This document shows positions 40,033-64,000 of a stretch of 64,000 nt of DNA, in pieces. The notes below the pieces were generated by a model, which did no database searches, had not been told where the DNA came from, and saw nothing but the letters and a program-made list of their open reading frames with translations. The translations under genes and the position numbers were made by a program. The stretch is taken from positions 4,409,167 through 4,473,166 of the forward strand of contig CAVNZM010000005.1 in NCBI GenBank assembly GCA_963693365.1, in the 5' to 3' direction. This DNA comes from Amoebidium appalachense. Its lineage: Eukaryota; Protista; Ichthyosporea. How positions within the stretch are numbered: the stretch's first letter is position 1; every line of letters begins with the position of its first letter.

Positions 40033-41235
40033 GGCAGAGTGAGAGCTCTACACCAGAGCAAATGGACACGTCAAATGTAACACACTAAGAGCATAGATGC
40101 AGCAATACATGGTATCGCCAAGTATGGTTGGCCGCCTATAGTGCATGCCCTGGTGGCTCTGTTGCAGCTTTATTGATTTCTGTTATTACACGTATGATGG
40201 GAATTCGAAGTTGCCTAGCTGATCCTATTTATTTTATTTTCCCCCTCTTCGATAGCTAAATGAGTGGTTGGCAGCAGCACAGCTTGGTACTGCGCTATGT
40301 GTAGATAGGACAGCTGGATAGGACAGGGCATATAAGAGATTTGAAATGGTGCTTGAACAAAAACTCTGGTTGGTTTGTAATAAAAGAGTGATTGATGCGT
40401 TATGGCCTGAAACGTCAAATTGAATGCTCCCTAATGCTCCCCCGGCCCGTCCTCTCTTCCGCACTCGGCTTGCCTGCCAGACGCTGGCACGGTACACTTA
40501 GGCTTGGTGGATGACTTGGCCCCTGCATGAGGCTACCATGCTGAAATGCACTCATCATGATGGGCACATGGGCCACATGATATTATGTTGCATATGCTCG
40601 TCGACTGCAGTGCGCATGTGCCACGAATGCAAAGTTGTTTGAAGTTCGTATTTAGGTTTCTGCAGCCCCCCCCCCCCCACCACCACCACGAATGCACCTC
40701 CCTCCATGCCTTTAGTGGAACGCCGGACGATCGTGGCTCCCTGAGCTCGAGGCTGAGCTCGGAACCCCGGGCGGTGCCACTGGCAAGACCCCGGCCAGCT
40801 ACGTATCATAGGCAAGGCCTCCTGGGAGATTATACTTGGGAGGCCTTGATCATATTGTAGGTGACAAGCATACATGACCTAGGATTGCGCAAACACCCGA
40901 CTTTGGAAACTGACAATCCCAAAAAAGGTAAGTGCGCGAACATGATTCCGTAAAAACTTCAGTCAGAACGTTGTGCACAAGGAGTTCTCAGGTCAAAGTG
41001 CAAGCAGCACTACCCATACCCTTCTCCAACACCTCGGCCTGGTAACACACTTTGGCGTCACGCTAGCAATTTGGTTCAATCTTGCGAACAAAGGGGTTAG
41101 CGTTCACTGGAGTCAACTCGAGTAAGAGGAACTCTGGAGCTACTGGTATACTCAGTAGTACACGCCTTTGAGACAGGCAGCACGAGCGTATGTTTGTGTG
41201 TGTGTGTGCAGGACAGCAGGCACGCAACAGCAAGA

Positions 41236-41346
41236 ATGGGGGTGGTGCGGGCACGAGATGGCCGGGGAAATTACGTCAAGCTAAACACCACAGCCCCTTC
41301 TGACGAATGGACTCCAGGCCAGTTTGTAAAGCCAAAGAAGAAGGTG

Positions 41347-41438
<92 letters not shown>

Positions 41439-41498
41439 CTTGATTGCCTGCCTGCCTGCCTGCCTGCCCTGCCCTGCCCTGCCCTGCCTGCCTGCCTA

Positions 41499-41540
<42 letters not shown>

Positions 41541-42426
41541 TGTCTTGCTGACAGTCTCCCCCCTGCAGGTGCCCTACAAGGCGATAGGGCTAGCCGTGGG
41601 TCTTTTTGTGCTTGGCTCTCTGTTTCTGTCGCTGGGTGCGGGACTACAGACCGGCTACATAGAGACACAGGTGTGTGAGTGGGGCTGCCTTTGGCGGGTG
41701 GTTGTTTTTATGAAAGCAGGAAAATCGCCTTTATAGTATTATGAGCACGAGTGTTTGCCTGCTGCACTTATGCACAGCCTGTTGGCAGTGATCAGGCACT
41801 TTTCTTCTGGCTTGCAGTTTAAAGCATGGACACACGTGTGCGCACACATGCCTACACATTCAACACACAGACACGTGGTGTGTGGCCGTACAGACATTTC
41901 CACACAGAAGGTCGCCGGTTTGGGTGTTGGGCACTGGGTGGGTGTTTGGGGAGGGGGAGAGGGGGAGAGAGGGGCCAGAGTGTCACCCACACACGTTCAC
42001 GCACACACGCATGCACGAACGCAGACGTGTGCGCGCGCACACACACACACGCACGCGCGCGCGCTGTTATCAGTTCACTCACGTCCCTACTTACTCAGGA
42101 GCTACTCGCAGTTATATTCAGTGAGCTGCTTGCATTGAACACTCTGTGGATAGGATGAAAGCGCTGCGGAAAATAAGTGTACGCACACACACCTACAGCT
42201 ACTCAAAGGCACTTACGTTCACACACTGTGGCACCTGCCCTGAAACGCTTTATGAACACACCCTGTTCCGGCATCCTGCCGTGCCACACAGGCACCATCC
42301 TCTTTTGTCCTCGTGTGCCTCTCCTCCTACTTCTATTAGACCCTGTGCTGCCAGTGGGGGTGTTTTTTTCTGTGCAGCATCCGTTTCCACCTTTTCTTGG
42401 ACCCGATTATTACATACTCTATGCTT

Positions 42427-42484
<58 letters not shown>

Positions 42485-43314
42485 ACACCACCACCACCAC
42501 CCACCGACCCAAAATGAACTAACCACCACCACCAAAAAGTCTGCTCAGCGTGCTGTTGCGGCTATGTCATGAACTCGCACTGTGTGCGTTTGTGTTTATC
42601 AATGCAACCTACTAGCATGTACAGTGGTGTTGGGTGTGTATGTAAACACCAGTTGTGCACCGATATTTACACGCTTGTTTGTGATCGAATGAGAAAAGGG
42701 TTGTGCAAATGAGAGAGGGGTGTGCTGATGGTGAAGTTTTTGTGGTGTGGTAGTGGTGATGGGTGGTGAGGAGGGGTGAGAGAGAGACGATAGTCGGCCA
42801 GCTATCAAGAAGGGAGACGGGGGATTTGATTGATGATCGACTTGCGACCCTTTCCGAAAAGGGAAGACGAGGAGGAAGAGAGAGGGGAGGGGGGAGGGGG
42901 AGGGGGGGGGGGGGTTGTAAAAGAATTTTCAGGAGTTCTTATGGCTGCCCTCCACAGAAGCCGAACGGAGGAGTTGGGGTGGTGGTTGGGGGCAGGGAGA
43001 AGGGGGGGGGGGTTTGAATGCGTCAAAAAGTACGAAGTACACAAGAACAAACGGATAACACGATGCAGAATGCAAGCCATACATAAAGAGTATGCATAAT
43101 AAGCAGAGCCCATCCTCAGGGGGGGCCCACGTCATCCACAGTACCCGAGTTTCGACCTATTCCCCTCGTTAACGAAACCCAACTCAGATACTGTTTCACT
43201 TGAACATGAGTAGGTCACCCGGAGAAGGGGGGGGGGGGGGGAAAGGCAGGGAGAGGGGGGGGGGGGGGGGAAGGGGGTAATGCTTGATAGACAAGATATT
43301 TCACTAACCAAAAG

Positions 43315-43347
<33 letters not shown>

Positions 43348-43472
43348 CGCACGCACACACACCCCCCCCCCCCCCCCCCCCCCCCCCGCGCACGCACACA
43401 CACCCCCTTCTCCCCCCCCCCCCCCCCCCCACACACACACACTCAAAACATCCCCCCACCCACCCACCCACC

Positions 43473-43507
<35 letters not shown>

Positions 43508-43651
43508 CAGTACCATGACCGAGGGATACCCCTGCTTGTACTGGGCTCTCTGATGTTTATTCCCGGGGCCTACCACGTAGCCATCGCCTACTACACATAC
43601 ATGGGCTACAGGGGCTACTCGTATAACGACATCCCGTCCTTCGATGACTAA
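41236..43651 (+). CDS. TMEM230: Transmembrane protein 230, 3 coding exons
   Basis: Exons 41236-41343, 41569-41669 (approx.) and 43511-43651 give [60 protein letters not shown]. Confidence 0.92.
41346..41538. repeat. (GCCT)n microsatellite filling TMEM230 intron 1
   Basis: Seen directly, starting at the splice donor. Confidence 0.95.
43014..43221 (-). mobile_element. ~200-bp SINE-like dispersed repeat, copy 2 (TMEM230 intron)
   Basis: Near-identical to copy 1 and stops at the same ...GGTCACCCG boundary; G-runs on both flanks. Confidence 0.75.
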
Positions 43652-43920
43652 ACACAACCAACCAACCCTCTCCCGCCCCACCTACCCTCGATATCTAGAC
43701 ATATTCAACATCTGGTTTTACTCTTGTGTGCGCATAATACATCAGACTGATTATGGCTCGAGTGGGTAGCAAAGTTGTATGGTGATGGTAGAATAGATAG
43801 ATATATATAAAAAGAGGTAGAATCTATGGACATAGCTATAGTGCACATATATAATGCAACACGCCGACGTATTCGCGTATTCGCCGGTGCTATTCATTCC
43901 AAAAACAGCTGCGAATGACT

Positions 43921-48128
<4,208 letters not shown>

Positions 48129-48773
48129 CCTGCCTACGCCCAACAGGCACGCACACACTACTAAGATTACTCAGGACCTCGTTGCAGGCTAGCAAGAGCG
48201 AGTGCAACAGGCAACAACAAGGAATATATGCTGCTTTTTAAAGTTTGGAAGGTATAAGATAAGATTCTAAGCAACACAAAGATCACCAGAATGATGAGTA
48301 TATATTTTTCGGCGTTTGTAACACCTGAAAATACTGTGTTTCCTGCTTTAAAATTTCTGTCTGATGAAAAAATACAGACGTTTGCAGAGTTTGCAGCTGA
48401 AATGCTCAGTGCTCAGCTCACGAACCAAAACGCACATGTACAGGATGCGGTCACTGGAGAATGTGAAGATCTAAGGGGGTTTACGCTGTTTACTCGAGGC
48501 AAAGAGAACCAGTCTCAGGTATGGGGGGGGTTTTGCTCGGAATATCCCCTCAGCGGTATATCATGATCACGTACATAGATGTCGGGTGGTGACTATATAT
48601 CAGGGTTTACTTTCTCTACGAGACACCATAAAGACTACAAGGAGAAATCAATTAGTTGGGGTTCCCCGTCTTTTTTTTTTTTTTTTTTTTTTTTTAATTT
48701 TAATTTTAATTTTTTTTAATTTTAATTTTAATTTTTTAAAGGGGCTTCCCTCGGGACACTCGGTATCAGCTGG

Positions 48774-48836
<63 letters not shown>

Positions 48837-49526
48837 TGTGTGTGTGTGCGCTATAATTTTGTAGTGATGTGTTTCTCAAGCCAATCAATACATCTAATAA
48901 ACAGGTCGTAGTTACGCGTGTTTAGTATAAAATCAAGGATGTTGTAATTTACAGGTAGGCTATCTTTCTGGGTGTCTGTTGTGAATGTGACGTGTGTGTG
49001 TTGCGGTATTATGTGGTCTATCAAACTACATTTGGCGATACATGACCGGTTAAACTGGTGTGTGTGTGTGTTGTTTGGGCATGCAAATGATGCCACCTTA
49101 TACTTATTAGATCTCCACTGTATAGCACGTGTACAGTAAAGGGTTGAAGATCTAAGGGGCCAGATGCTGGATCACAGTGTTCGAGATTGCGATCCAGGGT
49201 GTTTGCGCAACCACGGGTGGCAGAAGTGTCGCACAGTCTGTGTCAGAAAAACGTGAAGCCTATAGTGTGAAAAAACCCGTGAGACTATGTTAGAAAGGCA
49301 CATAAAGAAACGTTGCTGGTGTTTATGTATTCCTGTTATTACTTCGAACATCTTACGCGTGTGCCTCTGAAACGGATCCGTTCATTCATTCGGTCAGCGA
49401 TCGCATGTGCATGTCATTCAAATTCTGGATCGGGTAAACGTCGCTGTGGTGTTTGTTACGCAGAGCAGGCCGTTGTTCACCAACATCTACCGATTCTGCG
49501 TGCCCCAACCACTACATCCAACCTTT

Positions 49527-63319
<13,793 letters not shown>

Positions 63320-63417
63320 GTACACTGCATGCCTGCCCAGAAAGCGCGCACTCACACACACACTGTCTCTGTCTTCGGGTCAGCACGTGTGTCCCTCCCC
63401 TCCTGCCCCCCCCTCCC

Positions 63418-63602
63418 AAACAGTATCTGAGTTGGGTTTCGTTAACGAGGGGAATAGGTCGAAACTCGGGTACTGTGGATGACGTGGGCCCCCCCTGAGG
63501 ATGGGCTCTGCTTATTATGCATACTCTTTATGTATGGCTTGCATTCTGCATCGTGTTACCCGTTTGTTCTTGTGTACTTCGTACTTTTTGACGCATTCAA
63601 AA
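63418..63602 (+). mobile_element. SINE-like dispersed repeat, copy 3 (about 25 bp shorter at the inferred 5' end)
   Basis: Reverse complement of copies 1 and 2; starts at AAACAGTATC, ends TTCAAAA followed by poly-C. Confidence 0.75.
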
Positions 63603-64000
63603 CCCCCCCCCCCCCCCCCTCACATGCACACACTGACGCAACCTCACATACCACAAGTGAACGTGTCTAAACCCCCCTATTCCCCCCCCTCTCCCCGGAA
63701 CCCCCAAATTTTGTTGCCCTCACCTTTTCGTGAACACAAGCAGAATGACCATACTCTCAAAAGAGCAGGCACCGATGTAGTACCCCCCCACCCCCTCCCC
63801 CCCCCCTCATCCGACCCCACGCCACCCCTTTCCCCCATTTCCCCTCTCCCCTCCCAAACATAGACACACACGTACGCAGCCGTTCCCCTGCCGTCCCTCC
63901 CCATATACATACCCCCCCCCCCCCCCCCCCCCCCCATACACACACACACAAACACGCACACATACATACACACACGCACACCCACACACCTGACTATGGC

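Noticed and set aside
40215-40875. Short ORFs between BCAT and TMEM230
   Set aside because: No recognisable motifs or consistent splice pattern.

Overview
Gene-dense eukaryotic nuclear DNA. Small exons sit in introns full of (GT/CA)n, poly-G/C and other microsatellites, so most of the ORF track is low-complexity artefact. Manual splicing gives eight genes: class II DAHP synthase (+, 5' end outside the window); a very divergent cullin with an extra N-terminal domain resembling the Grainyhead/CP2 C-terminal ubiquitin-like domain (-); KNL2/Mis18BP1 (+); BRF2-like TFIIB-related factor (-); branched-chain aminotransferase (+); TMEM230 (+); EMG1/NEP1 (-); and a myotubularin with an intact catalytic motif (+, runs off the end). 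Repeats include a decayed DIRS/Ngaro-type retroelement between 142-bp direct repeats, three near-identical copies of a ~200-bp structured SINE-like repeat next to poly-C/G tracts, and several local duplications, one covering a whole cullin exon. A shikimate-pathway enzyme alongside animal-like M18BP1, BRF2 and TMEM230 suggests a unicellular holozoan such as an ichthyosporean (inference). All protein identifications come from remembered motifs; no database search was run.
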